Below are positions 53,523-64,000 of a stretch of 64,000 bases of DNA, in pieces. The stretch's first letter is position 1, and every line of letters begins with the position of its first letter. Both the position numbers and the translations under genes were made by a program. The stretch lies in NCBI GenBank assembly GCA_030141605.1, contig JAQGDQ010002375.1, positions 62,001 to 126,000 of the forward strand, read 5' to 3'. Origin of the DNA: Tubiluchus corallicola (taxonomy: Eukaryota > Animalia > Priapulida). Under the pieces are notes generated by a model, which saw only the letters and a list, made by a program, of their open reading frames with translations, had not been told where the DNA came from and ran no database searches.

Positions 53523-56215
53523 GAAAGGGAAGGAGAGAGAGAGAGAGAAGAAAGGAGAGAGAGAGAAAGAGAACGGGAAGGAAACGAAGAGAGGAAGGAA
53601 AGGAGAAAGGAGAAAGAAAGAGAGAGAGGGGGAGAGAAAGACAGAACAAGATTGTTTGCAGTAATAGGAAGCATAAAGTTGAAATCGGACAATAACAGCT
53701 TTACCTTCTGCAGTTAACACGCTACATACATACAGACACGTTCACATATAAAAGAAGACCAATAATACAATATCATAGCTGTTTTTAGTCTTGTACCGAT
53801 TTAATTAGAATTCAACAGTAAAGCTACTGGCTTTAGAAAGCAATAGCAGCGCACGGGCACCTTTACCAGAACAGACCCGGAAGCTAATTTTTATAGGTCA
53901 TCATTTCTGGTTGAATAAGAAGCATGAAACATAAACTATTGTTGGACGAAGGTCTTGTGATACTGGGCTAGACGGCTGCATTTATTCTAACATCATGATA
54001 ATTACAGTTATTAAGCTTTACTACTTTAGCTTTGTTTTAATTATAGAGACACAAAAGGTCAATTATAAGACGATGAGGGCAGACAGACAAAACCATCGAA
54101 ATTATTACTGAAGTTTTGGCTAAAGTTTACAATTCCCCACACAAAAAAATAGTTCGAGAAGTAAAGTAGGGTTAGAATAAGGGTTAGGGTTAGTGTTAGG
54201 GTTAGGGTATGGTTAGGGTATTCAGATTGTGCGGAGAAATTGTAAACTTCTTCCAGAATTTTTTACAGATAATTGCAGCTTGAAGTAACTTTATGTATGA
54301 AAAACCGGCTCTCACACACTCCTTCAGTTTTGCCATGTCAGTGTCAAATTTGTAATGATAACAAATTTTATAACCCAACTTTTGGCGTTGAAATGAACAA
54401 AGGGACATTAAACCTATCTGTCTGCCTTCCAGCCTGCCAACATTTTAGCAAGACAGACTTAGTAAATGCGTAGACATCTGTTTTAAAAAACTGACAATCA
54501 GTGTTAATATTTTAGCCACGTTCAGCCAAAGAGTTGACACATATGTCCACACAACATGATTTTAACCTGACAGAAAAACACGTAATTGTGTGAAAATTCA
54601 CAAACACTCGAAAATACTGACAGATAAACGCAACTATATCACTCTATAATTTTATTTTTTTACAATACTGTTACACAATTGGCAATTTCCAGAAAAAACT
54701 CGAAGCCGAATTTGTCTTATTGCAGAACTGTTCGACTCATAATGTCACATATTACTGACTTATTCTGTGCTAATTCACACCCCACAAATTTGAGAGCTCA
54801 AGACGCTCCTACTTTGTCCGTAACCACTAATGCCCCACCCACCACTCACACTAACAGCTTCTGAAAGTTCTGCCGGTACTTTACGGCTGTATAGTATCAA
54901 TCTGCTTCAGAGTTTTTAGTCAGACTTAAAACTTATTAGTAATGTTTAAAGACTTGAATGAAATACTACATAATAACGCTAGAAAAGGGGAAACAGGTAA
55001 CACTGGAGGAAATACCTCATTTAGTGATTCTAGTCATTTTAAAACACCTATATTTAAAAGCTTCAATATTTTTATCTCACTACACTAAGTTGCTGACAAG
55101 CATAACTATTTCAAAACCATACACACAGCAGGCACAATACTCTTATCTACGTGAAACGCGTGTACATCGCTGTCAGGTAAATAGACATAGACATTTTTTA
55201 TTTATCTCCTCATTTACACCAGAATACAAATAGGCTGTAATTGCTATAATTATTAGTTAATCAGGATAAATTAAGCACAAAAGCATAAAAGAAAGAGTTA
55301 GGTGAGTGCAGGAGAAAGGGTAGCGGAAGACCAATTGGTCATCAAGTTAGCTACCCTTACTTGACAATTAGTAAAGTTTGACAATTAATGTAAACCAGTG
55401 AGTTTAAATTAAGAGGGACAAAACAAAAAGTCTTTGAGTAAATAATGTAACGAACCCACTCTTATCAATCATTGGATTTTGAGATAAAACTTTAATAAAT
55501 GTGAAACAGTCAGGACGAGTGGCCCTCGGAACATGTGAGCCGCCAAAGGCTCCCTGAGTCAAATCCAGGCGCCTCTTTTTCACATTTACCCTCATTTAGT
55601 TAAATTTCGCTTCAAAATGAAAAATTGTATGTATCTTCCGTCATTATCTGATAATTCCAAAATTAAATCTAAAACTACATGAACAACTAATATCATCATA
55701 TAAAATCTGCCACAGCAACATAAAGGTACCTCACGTCGTAAACAATCCTTGTATCTGGAACTCGACACCTATAATTTGCACTATTTAAAATAAAAGTTGA
55801 GATTTCAAGTTACTATAACATTATTAAGTATACAGCGAGTAAAAAAAGTTTTTGTAAATTCACAGCATTGAAATTAACATTTCAGTTGTATTGTAATCTA
55901 TTCATCTTTTTCGCGTCTTAATAATATTTCTAGAAATGTTGATCCATCAAGCAAAGCAAATTCATTAGGCATGTTTGTGAAGTAATATTATTATCTAATG
56001 CGAGTAAAAAATAGTGAACATCTTATCAACGTAGTTGTAATTCAACGTAGTAGCTTTGATCTTACCGCATCCCTTTTCGTCGCTGAGGTCGCCACAGTCG
56101 TTGTCACCATCACAATGCCATTGTTGCGGAATGCACGTACAGGTGGCGTGCGATGTAGGCGTGCATGAAAATTGATTGTGTGGACAAGAACACAATTGTG
56201 AGAGCGAACCCACCC
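20933..56215 (-). CDS. LRP4: Low-density lipoprotein receptor-related protein 4 (about 1840 aa traced; first, signal-peptide exon not located)
   Basis: 35 phase-consistent exons in transcript order. LDLa x8: 56066-56215, 51187-51303, 49760-49873, 49516-49632, 48747-48875, 47883-47999, 47224-47340, 46275-46412. EGF: 45700-45825, 44605-44730. Propeller 1: 43681-43911, 42495-42651, 41411-41628, 39777-39953. EGF: 38552-38677. Propeller 2: 37894-38099, 37510-37697, 36031-36232, 35070-35259. EGF: 33959-34084. Propeller 3: 33027-33290, 31635-31767, 29996-30158, 29112-29334. EGF: 28567-28692. Propeller 4: 27113-27290, 26725-26837, 26396-26501, 25656-25790, 24842-24950, 24537-24681. EGF: 23990-24106. 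Linker: 23288-23357. TM: 22756-22941. Tail: 20933-21317 (FSNPTY, C-terminal ETEI). The domain order and the CTCIP motif in LDLa1 match LRP4. Confidence 0.92.
21461..22064. mobile_element. ~600-bp MITE with ~36-bp TIRs, copy A (last LRP4 intron)
   Basis: TGTGTGCTTGCATACCAAAACTGTCCATAAGTCGGCA ... TGCCGACTTATGGACAATTTTGCTATGCAAGCACAC, with TA on both flanks. Confidence 0.85.
27551..28209. mobile_element. Same MITE family, copy B, opposite orientation
   Basis: Same TIRs. The interior is the reverse complement of copy A, e.g. AATCTCCATTTCATGAGGATCATTTTAATACCAAGCTCATC versus GATGAGCTTGGTATCAAAATGATCCTCGTGAAATGGAGATT. Confidence 0.85.
31110..31240. repeat. Degenerate (CAT/CAA)n low-complexity tract
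   Basis: Read directly. It explains the His/Gln-rich ORF 31100-31315. Confidence 0.8.
32526..32640. mobile_element. Partial copy of the Tigger/pogo-like MITE at 45021-45654
   Basis: TA|CAGTAAGTCC..ACTCCCCATTTAG..TTTTA..GCTGAACAT matches the reverse complement of about 45595-45654. Confidence 0.65.
33545..33616 (-). mobile_element. tRNA-derived SINE head remnant
   Basis: Minus-strand B box GGTTCAAATCC with a degenerate A box about 35 nt upstream. No valid cloverleaf. Confidence 0.45.
36600..37466. repeat. 18-bp minisatellite, about 48 units of GTGCTGGATG(AC/GT)TTC(A/G)AG, in an LRP4 intron
   Basis: Read directly. The edge units are degenerate and there is one 3-nt insertion near 37015. Confidence 0.97.
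40157..40802. mobile_element. Old hAT-like MITE
   Basis: Ends CAGGGATGTTAAATGATA / TATCATAACATCACCA, subterminal ACGATA/GATAC repeats, and flanks CTTTTACT / ATTTTGCT (6/8). Confidence 0.6.
41938..42475. mobile_element. hAT-like MITE with 11-bp TIR; an internal fragment is repeated at about 41133-41215
   Basis: CAGGGTTGTAA ... TTACAACCCTG with GGAACT/AGTTCC repeats inside. No recognisable TSD. The block AGTTGCATTTGTCACAGA..GAACTTGGAACTAAAAT recurs in the neighbouring intron. Confidence 0.7.
45021..45654. mobile_element. Tc1/mariner (Tigger/pogo-like) MITE
   Basis: Perfect 18-bp TIR CAGTAAGTCCTCGCTTAA / TTAAGCGAGGACTTACTG. The right flank is TA and the left flank TG. Confidence 0.8.
48415..48600 (+). 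mobile_element. tRNA-derived SINE (Pol III A and B boxes)
   Basis: A box TGGCTGAGTGG (48422-48432) and B box GGTTCGAATCC (48447-48457). The spacing is too short for a tRNA. The 3' boundary is approximate. Confidence 0.6.
52648..52782. mobile_element. Two head-to-head tRNA-SINE-like halves forming an imperfect palindrome
   Basis: B box on the minus strand (GGATTCGAACC, 52687-52697) and a degenerate B box on the plus strand (about 52729-52740). Outer arms TTAATTGAAAGAGGAAG / CTTCCTCTTTCAGTTAA (16/17). Confidence 0.55.
53185..53645. repeat. Polypurine (GA)-rich tract with a pure (GA)n core; similar tracts at about 58637-58760 and 61830-62045
   Basis: Read directly. It explains the overlapping ER/SL-repeat ORFs. 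Confidence 0.93.
54167..54220 (+). repeat. Short degenerate (TTAGGG)n tract
   Basis: TAGGGTTAGAATAAGGGTTAGGGTTAGTGTTAGGGTTAGGGTATGGTTAGGGTA. Confidence 0.8.
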
Positions 56216-57719
56216 CTAGAATATAATAAAAATAGTTATCATTGCAGTAGTTAATAATACAACATTGGTAGGACTGGCCGAACTCTGATTTTGTTTAGTT
56301 AAATTATTATATACTTATATTATTTATTAATATTATTTTTATATTTTTATTATAAGATTATAAGACTATATATGTTAGACATAATCCCATATAAGAATGG
56401 GAATACAACGTAAAACACCATTTTCCAGTACGTATCGTGAATAAAAAAAGACCAAAAGTAATACTTATAAGATGCCAGGCTTGTCAATAAGTTCGCTATT
56501 TGATTTGCATTCCACTCTGAATAGTAAGTACTCTTACTCAAAATTTATAAGTGCCAAATAAGCTGGGTATTGGGTTTTCCTTCCTGACTTTACATTGTCT
56601 TCGTAAAAATGTACTTAATCGCATCTACTAGCCAAATATTTTTTAAACCCTGTTGATGGCGACACTATCGGGCAACAGGACATCTAAAGCCAAAAAAACG
56701 TTGAGTGCCCAGAAAAATCCACGTAAATAGGCCTGTCTAGGAGTCTGCGGGAGTCACATTTAGAGGATATAACAAGAAAGAAAATACACCGTATCAATAG
56801 CTAAAAATGGAACAAAAGTGAAAATCTTTTCCACATCATACGTAGTTGAACTTGCATTCCTAAAAAAGCAGCAGAAAGATTAGGTGTACAAAAAGTCGAT
56901 TATACAAAAAGCTGATGTGCGTCAAACAGCCAAACGAGATCTCCAACAAAAACTGGACCACAAAACCAGCAAAGAACCATGATCTGGATAGGACCTATGT
57001 AATTATTATAGACTTTTAGAAAATTCTCCAAAGAATTACTGAAACCTCCCAAAAGGGTTCCTGCTGAACAAATCCTAGCTTACTTAGATGAAACAGACAA
57101 AGATCTTGAGCATTTAGCAACACTACTAGGTCTCAATGATAATTTGCTTGTTCACCACAAAAATGTGTGGTCATCACTTCTATGTTTACGATAAATTTTG
57201 CACTTCTCAATAATTATTTATACAGCTGTGAAGAACAATAAGTGTTGTCCAAAGATAGTGAAATAATTCAAAATAACTGTACCAGGTTGTATAGGCTACA
57301 TAAACAACGTGACTGATAACAAAAATTCTTTGAAAGATTCTCTATCATTGATGATTCGCCAAACACCTTGGCGGCGCTTCGCCTTTGCCAACGGCTTAAC
57401 ATTAACTTTACCATGAGATAAAAGATCTAGTCAAATATTAGCTCGTCAATGGCAAGGCAAACAACGAACCGGTATTAAAGATGAAAGAAGGCGACGTAAA
57501 TTTCTATCGAAAGTAATAAGGATTTCAGCAGTGAACTCAAGAGATCAAGGTATGTAAACTGTAAAAACCCATTAACATGTTGATTACAAATGGCGTACGG
57601 AAGATGCGTCACGTGACCTATCTCACATGAATTTACTTAGGTTGTTAATATAATAATATATAACGTTATTTACACAGTTAAGATGTATTCTTGACTTCAC
57701 GTAAGGTGTATAATGTTGC

Positions 57720-57900
57720 CTCTTTTGTAATAAATAGAGCTTCAGACGTTTTAATGGTCTCAAAATGAATGAATCTCAATGAAATCCGAAGAGTTCAAAA
57801 AGTTCATTCAGGTCGTCTTATAAAACACAAAATACAACCTGAACACTTATAGACTAAGATCTGATCTCATTCGAATTTCTTAACACATACTTCACCTAAT
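57720..57900 (-). mobile_element. Possible, heavily decayed L2-type LINE 3' relic
   Basis: Minus-strand fragments ILVYKC and an NSLP.SLR..KRLK-like stretch, reachable only through frameshifts. Confidence 0.3.
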
Positions 57901-60900
57901 GAAATTATACAAACATCAAGGTCATAATTTTTTTCAAATGAAAAGTACGAAATATTTTCACAATAAGTATGGCCAATATGGTCAGTTGATCACCTCGTCT
58001 TTTCCCATCCCTTTCACTCTAGCCCAACTGCTTTCATCATATAATAAGTATATGAGTACAAGTGAATTTACCATCAGAACAACTCCCCACTCCAGATAAT
58101 ATACAAGCTTCTTAAAGCAGTACAGTCTAGTCCAGTTCAGTCCATTTAACTAAAATAAATCTGGCTACTCTTGATTCGTAAATGACATAATGTACAAATA
58201 GATGTTGAAAACTTAATAATGTTCATAAAAATTTATCAGTTTTTTTGACTACCTAGAGTTGCGATACGGTACAAGGATCATTTGACAGTTTATAGGACGA
58301 ACTGCCCAAATTTTTGGCTGATAAGGCCAGCTATTATATAGTATCTGCCAGAAGCCGATCACGAAGCCATGTAAAGTGTAGCATTACCCGCGCCCCTATG
58401 TAATGCAAATTGAATTCTCTCAGCGGCTGGTTAACAACATCACTAATTAAGAGGCAATTTCTCTTCTGTGCCGCCCGACTTGCTGTTAGTGTTAAATTAT
58501 TAAAGAGGATTGGCTGGCTGTTAAGTACTCCAGGCTCAAGTGATTGATAAATGAAACCAGTTCAATCACAGTGTAAATACTGCAAAGAATATGAAATGTG
58601 TTTTGTCGAAGATGAAGAGGCTGAAAAGTGAAAATGATGAGAGAGAAGGGAGGAAGGGAGAAGCAAGAGAGAGAGAGAGGGGGAGAGAGGGAGAGAGAGA
58701 GAGGGGGAGAGAGAGAAGAGAGAATGAGAAGAGAGAGAAGGGGAAGCGTGAGAAAGTAGAGGTTATATGATGTTACAGAGTTATTAGAGTACAGCTATTG
58801 GAGGTTACATGATGTAAAATAAAATTCTTGTGTACTAAGCATGAACTCCGCAGAATTCTTGTGGTTAAGCCATACTACATATGTCAGTCATTCGGTAGGA
58901 GGTAGTAGTCAAAGCAAGTAGCTACGAAGCTTATAGAGTTAGTAGCATCAGAGGTTATAATTTCTGTGCTAGGTTAGTCACTATTGTATGTCTTGCAATA
59001 CACGTGGATGGCTCAGCATTCTGCTGTCTATATCAAGTGTAATACCTACGTAGGTGAACTATTTAGCTCATGGCCTGTCAACAACACAATAACGCCGCAA
59101 TGGTTACCTAATTTCTAGCTCTCATTTATCGGGGTAGCCTTACAGCAGCTAGCATTAATAACTGGCGCATAGAACCCATATTATTATAAGCCTTATACTG
59201 TATCAAGAATTCATACTTAACAAAAATGAGCAGTATTTATAATTTCTCTCGCGGCCTATACCATAGTCGTTGAATTATTTCGTCACCTTTGCGCGAATTT
59301 CACAAGATTATACACAGGTTTGGAATACTGTGTGCTAATAAAAAACTTTTGATAATAATAACATGGTATATTACCCGTAAAAGTTATGGTGACATTAAAT
59401 TACATTATGATAGAATTTAATTTAAGTTTCCGACAGTCATATTTTGGTGACAAGATATCTTGCTGTTGCATTATATAAATATAATTTTAATGAATATGAA
59501 CTGATGCCTGTACTCGACTTCCATGGTTGTAACCGTAGGCCAAAGGTCAGTGGGTCAAAGGTACTGGTCACGTTGGGCCTAATACTCTAAGTCAGTAAGA
59601 ATGTACACTAGCCAGGTAACAAGGCAGGCTTCACTTTGTGAGTCACGTGACGAAACTATGACTAGTTTTCAATTCCGACGTCCAATAATACAATACTTAA
59701 AGGGTCGTAATAATAAACTGTCGCCCGTATTTACAGAGAACTCGCTGAGCTCTTGTTATGTGTAATAAATCATATTGCACCACTTGAACGGGGGAAATAT
59801 TGGAACAAACACCTTTATAACAATATATGGCAATAACAGATATTTGTAATTGAGCTTCTACGTTACACTACGGGGGGGGGGGTTATTGGCAATTGATGTA
59901 ATGAATGATGTGTGCTGTCATTACAATGTACAGGTAGTCGGGTACAGGCATTATAACAATCTTGAAAAGTGTTGGGACTAATTACATTAACATTTATACT
60001 GTTTGACGTTTTATAACCAAGGTCTCCATAAGGACCTAGCAGAGTGGTATGTACTCCTCGCGGGCTACAAGTAGAAAGGCGAGGGAGTACTGTAATATTT
60101 CCAGCGAAGTCTGGGACAAAATCCCAGCTCCAATCTAAATACAAACTGAACCCCAACTGTGAACTGAAGATGACAAGAAATTAAGGTTTCAATATTTTCA
60201 TTTCACTAAATTAAGTTGAACTTTCTAAATTAGTGTTTAAAACATGTTTAAACATGAAGTTTGATACTTTCGAATTTTCTTGTGAGTTTTAACCGTACAA
60301 TTACTTTTAAAGGGACATAACAACATGTAGATAATAACACATTGAAAATATAACAAAGCTTAAACCAATAATTTAATTTTAACTTTTAAATAAACTTTCT
60401 AAATTTTCGATACAGTCGTCGACTGTAAGGAAGAGGTGTTGAGTAAGAGAAAGCATAAGAAATAGGAAGCAAGCATATGCGCTCTAAGAGTCACCCATGG
60501 ATCAGCCTATGCTTGAAATAGGCTTGCCAATATATTCCGAACAGAATATTGAATCTGTATAGCAATCCCATAATGCAACGAGGCAAGGCTGGCGACAGTG
60601 GGGAAAGTGGTTGTCTGCAATAAAATGTTCCTATTACGGTATTACTATTATGTTCTCCATTACGCTCCGCTACAAAATTTTACCAGTTTGAAATAAATTT
60701 TACTTCAAAATCAGTTATGACTACATATACCACGGCTTTGCCGCCTCATTATTCTGTTTAACATAAAAGATGAAATAAAACTATTATTAAGTGGTTTAAA
60801 GGAATCAGAATGAGCAAACCAACTATTAAGGTTTATTGCTCATCATGACACGCTTTCTGGACCCTCAGAAATCCTTACAGTAACTTAAGCTAGATTATTT

Positions 60901-61952
60901 GGTATTAGTTTAGTAATAAGTGGGTTTTCGCCCAATTTATGATAGGTTTCATAGATTACACCTAATATTCGCTAACAACCCACTGTAATCCGAGTATACG
61001 AAATTATGCAAGTATATTATTAAACTATGAACACAAGTTCACAACAAAAACTTTTTAGTAACACCACGAATGAGGCATTCACGTAAAAACACTCGTCCAA
61101 CTTTCACATCATTCACTTGTTGACAGTGTTCCTAGCGTAGTCAAAAACTGAAAATTTTGCAAACGATAGTTGCAGAATTTGAATTGAATTGAAGTCAACC
61201 TTTTCCCTGTTTCACATCCACGATCAATATACAGTTTTTACTAATAAATGACAGTTATTTTTAATAGCAAACGGTTCGTTATACTATATTTTAAAGCAAG
61301 TCCAACATCCAAGTATTATTTGCATTGCATATGGAAACAACTACGTTTATCTTAATTTACAGTTTACAACGAAATTCAGCGAACAGTATTGTTATTGCGC
61401 CACCTAGTATCCGTTAATTAATTTCCGCCCATTATGCCGAAATAGTACTGCCATCTATACAACAAAAAATTGCGTGTACATGTATTGTGCAATAAGACCA
61501 AAACATGTTGCCAAATATCAATTACTAATACGTACACGAGTCTGAGAGCAATCTGCTAGTTTTACTAATTCGCGAGTTTTCTACGAACAGTTTGGTGTTT
61601 ATCTGAAATCGGTGATAATTCGCAGCTTGTTATATCAATACAAATATATTTCTTCTAATTTCCCCCGCAATTTTACGATGATTTACTCCGCCAGGCAACA
61701 TAAATGCACAAAAACTTTCCCACACACGACACGGGTGTTTCATCAATACGCACAATTTCAGCATGTCCATGATTGTAGACAATAAACGAGAAAAACGACC
61801 GTACTTAGATGGGATAAACCGCAAAAACGCTAAAAGGAAAGAGAAATATAGTTAAACGAAGAAAGGGTTCTAGTAAAGAAAGTTGAAAAAGTACGAAAAG
61901 AGAGACGTGGTGTAAGTGGGACAGAGAGAAGGGGTGAGGGGGAAGACGGGGT

Positions 61953-61989
<37 letters not shown>

Positions 61990-62517
61990 GAGAGAGATAA
62001 AGGAGAAAGAAACACATTGAGAGAGACGGAAGGAAAGAGAGATTTACGTACTAAAATTATGTACTGCACATTAAATTAACATTAAATTACTTTGTTATTG
62101 TTACAGAACTGACCTGATTTTTCATTTTAAACATTTTCTTTTGAGGATATGACCCTGACAGTTGATTAAATAGTTTAAAGTAAGTAAACTTTCTTTAGAA
62201 TTCGGTGCGCATTCGGTAACCGTATGGAATAAAAAGCTGAGCGAGCAGCCACATCAAATATTTATCGAGGCTAAGCTGCATGAAGGAACGCGCAGCCATA
62301 AAAACAAATTAATGTTTAGTGGACTGCCACATAAAATTTAGCCAAATTTAGTTTTTGTATAACATGGATTATGGACCTGGAATAGTATAGTGTATACGTA
62401 GCATAGCGTCATAGTTGAATTGTAAATATTTTTGTGAAAGGTTATAACATTGCTTGTAATTTTGTTTTAAAATTTTTCAGTTCCAGGATGTAATTATTAT
62501 AAATTTAAAAAAATGAG

Positions 62518-62575
62518 CTGTGTGTGTGTGTGTGTGTGTGTGCGTGCGTGCGTGCGTGTGTGCGTGCGTGTGTAC
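62518..62575. repeat. (TG)n/(TGCG)n microsatellite
   Basis: Read directly. Confidence 0.95.
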
Positions 62576-64000
62576 ATACACATATATGTAACTGACATCG
62601 TTATGCATATTAAATACTATACGTATATGTAACTACCTTAAATTTGTGTTTATGTATACTTACGTTATGCCATTTGGTTTACACATCGAAGTTTGGTGCC
62701 CTATCTTTAGTTTAAATAACTGAATTTAACTTGTATCATTCTATTGTCACTAACGTGGTATATGTTTTTATAGCGTTATATATGTATGTATTTACATCTT
62801 TGTAAACAGTGTATGTATTGTGTGAATTGTAATTGTAAATACTCAATGAAAGTGTTAAATATGTTAAATAACAATGATAACTTACAAGTACACTGTAAAT
62901 TCAAATGTATGACTGGCTAAGTGACTACAGCTCCGCTAATTATTAGTTTTAATTTGTTATTAGCGTGTAGAAAGAGAAACTTTTTCGTAAAAGAATATTG
63001 GTACAAAAATGTTCAATTTCGTAAGCCCCTAGGGAATCCTAAACAGGCTCTCATAAACGACATCGTTTAATATCATTCATAAATTTCTATACCATTCAGT
63101 TAGGAAACAATGTTTTGTTTTGTGTCTAACCACTAATGGTATGTTGGGGAAATTTTACGTCATTTTTACCACAAAAAAGGTGCCGTTACACAGTGCCATG
63201 CTTTCAAAGTAGAGTTAACTCAAGCTATCCGCACCTTCGCAATAACATCTTAGCGGTATTCTAACTCCCGGTTCTACCATGGGCCATGGTTTTACTACTT
63301 TGCTGTATTTGCGCATGGAATTAAAAGAATGCTGGCCACTTTCAAACCGTTTTACTTGGATTTAGCCCCAGGGGTTGAATTTAGTTACTACTGTACACAT
63401 TACAGCCATACCAAAGTAGTGATAGACAGGATTTCTGCTAATAACAAATATTTCAGGTCACTAGAGAATTTAATAATACATAATTCATTTTAACGCGCGA
63501 CAAATTAGAAAAATACATGAAAACTTGAGAAAAAAAGTTTCCAAATTACAATTTTCATTATATTTTGCCATTAAAAATTAAGTAGGCCATTGTGTGGGAC
63601 TATGGTTAACTGTGAAGAATTAACTTCAGATACATAAACTTTCCGTAAAACAGAGTCAACATTAAGTTGCTAACTTTCCCTAAAACGGAGTTAACAATAA
63701 GTTTCTGACCCTACAATAATTTCAATATTATTGTATATTATATACGTTGAACCCTGCAATATATTAAGCAATAATAATCGTAAATATTACTAATGATTAA
63801 GCGCTAACTAAATGTGAACATTTAAGTTACACACCAGTAACTACCACTATCAATAATCTGATATCTACTAGTGACGCGCTTCATAGAAACGTTTTGTAGA
63901 ACATTCACGCACGAACGTATCAACAGTGGAGTTGAATTATGTTGACAAGCACAAGATCGTTAATATAAAAGGCTAATTTTATGACAAAACGTTACATTAA

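Noticed and set aside
53105-53720. Four overlapping 150-195 aa ORFs
   Set aside because: Artefacts of the GA/TC low-complexity tract.
774-56215. Functional cluster linking the cyclase, folate receptor, SNRNP48, UQCR10 and LRP4
   Set aside because: The pathways are unrelated and the orientations mixed. Nothing in the sequence indicates co-regulation beyond ordinary gene neighbourhood.
61630-61824. Candidate LRP4 exon 1 (MDMLKLCVLMKHPCRVWESFCAFMLPGG|GTAAAT)
   Set aside because: The donor is phase 0 in the ATG frame but phase 1 is needed, and the peptide is not a convincing signal sequence.

Overview
AT-rich, intron-rich eukaryotic (animal, probably invertebrate) genomic DNA. I spliced five genes by hand, with consistent phases at every junction. 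(1) The last 4 exons of a receptor-type (NPR1-like) guanylyl cyclase (+, 774-3829). (2) A 5-exon GPI-anchored folate receptor (+, 7872-10926, 253 aa). (3) An intronless U11/U12 snRNP 48K gene, SNRNP48 (-, 13517-14665). (4) A 2-exon complex III subunit, UQCR10/QCR9 (+, 17398-18851). (5) An LRP4 orthologue (-, 20933-56215) with 35 exons traced: 8 LDLa, 2 EGF, 4 x [YWTD propeller + EGF], TM, NPxY and a PDZ-binding end; its signal-peptide exon was not found. Introns and spacers hold many non-autonomous DNA transposons (hAT-like with 8-bp TSD, MULE-like, Tigger/pogo-like, a 37-bp mini element), tRNA-derived SINE heads, LINE relics, an 18-bp minisatellite and microsatellites. I see no clear new multi-gene system. 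The most interesting signals are local: a splice donor inside an inverted repeat, a GC-AG intron, an exon-like duplicate at the start of an intron, a CpG-decay signature in the SNRNP48 RS tail, inverted MITE copies bracketing LRP4 exons, and a two-site coded minisatellite.
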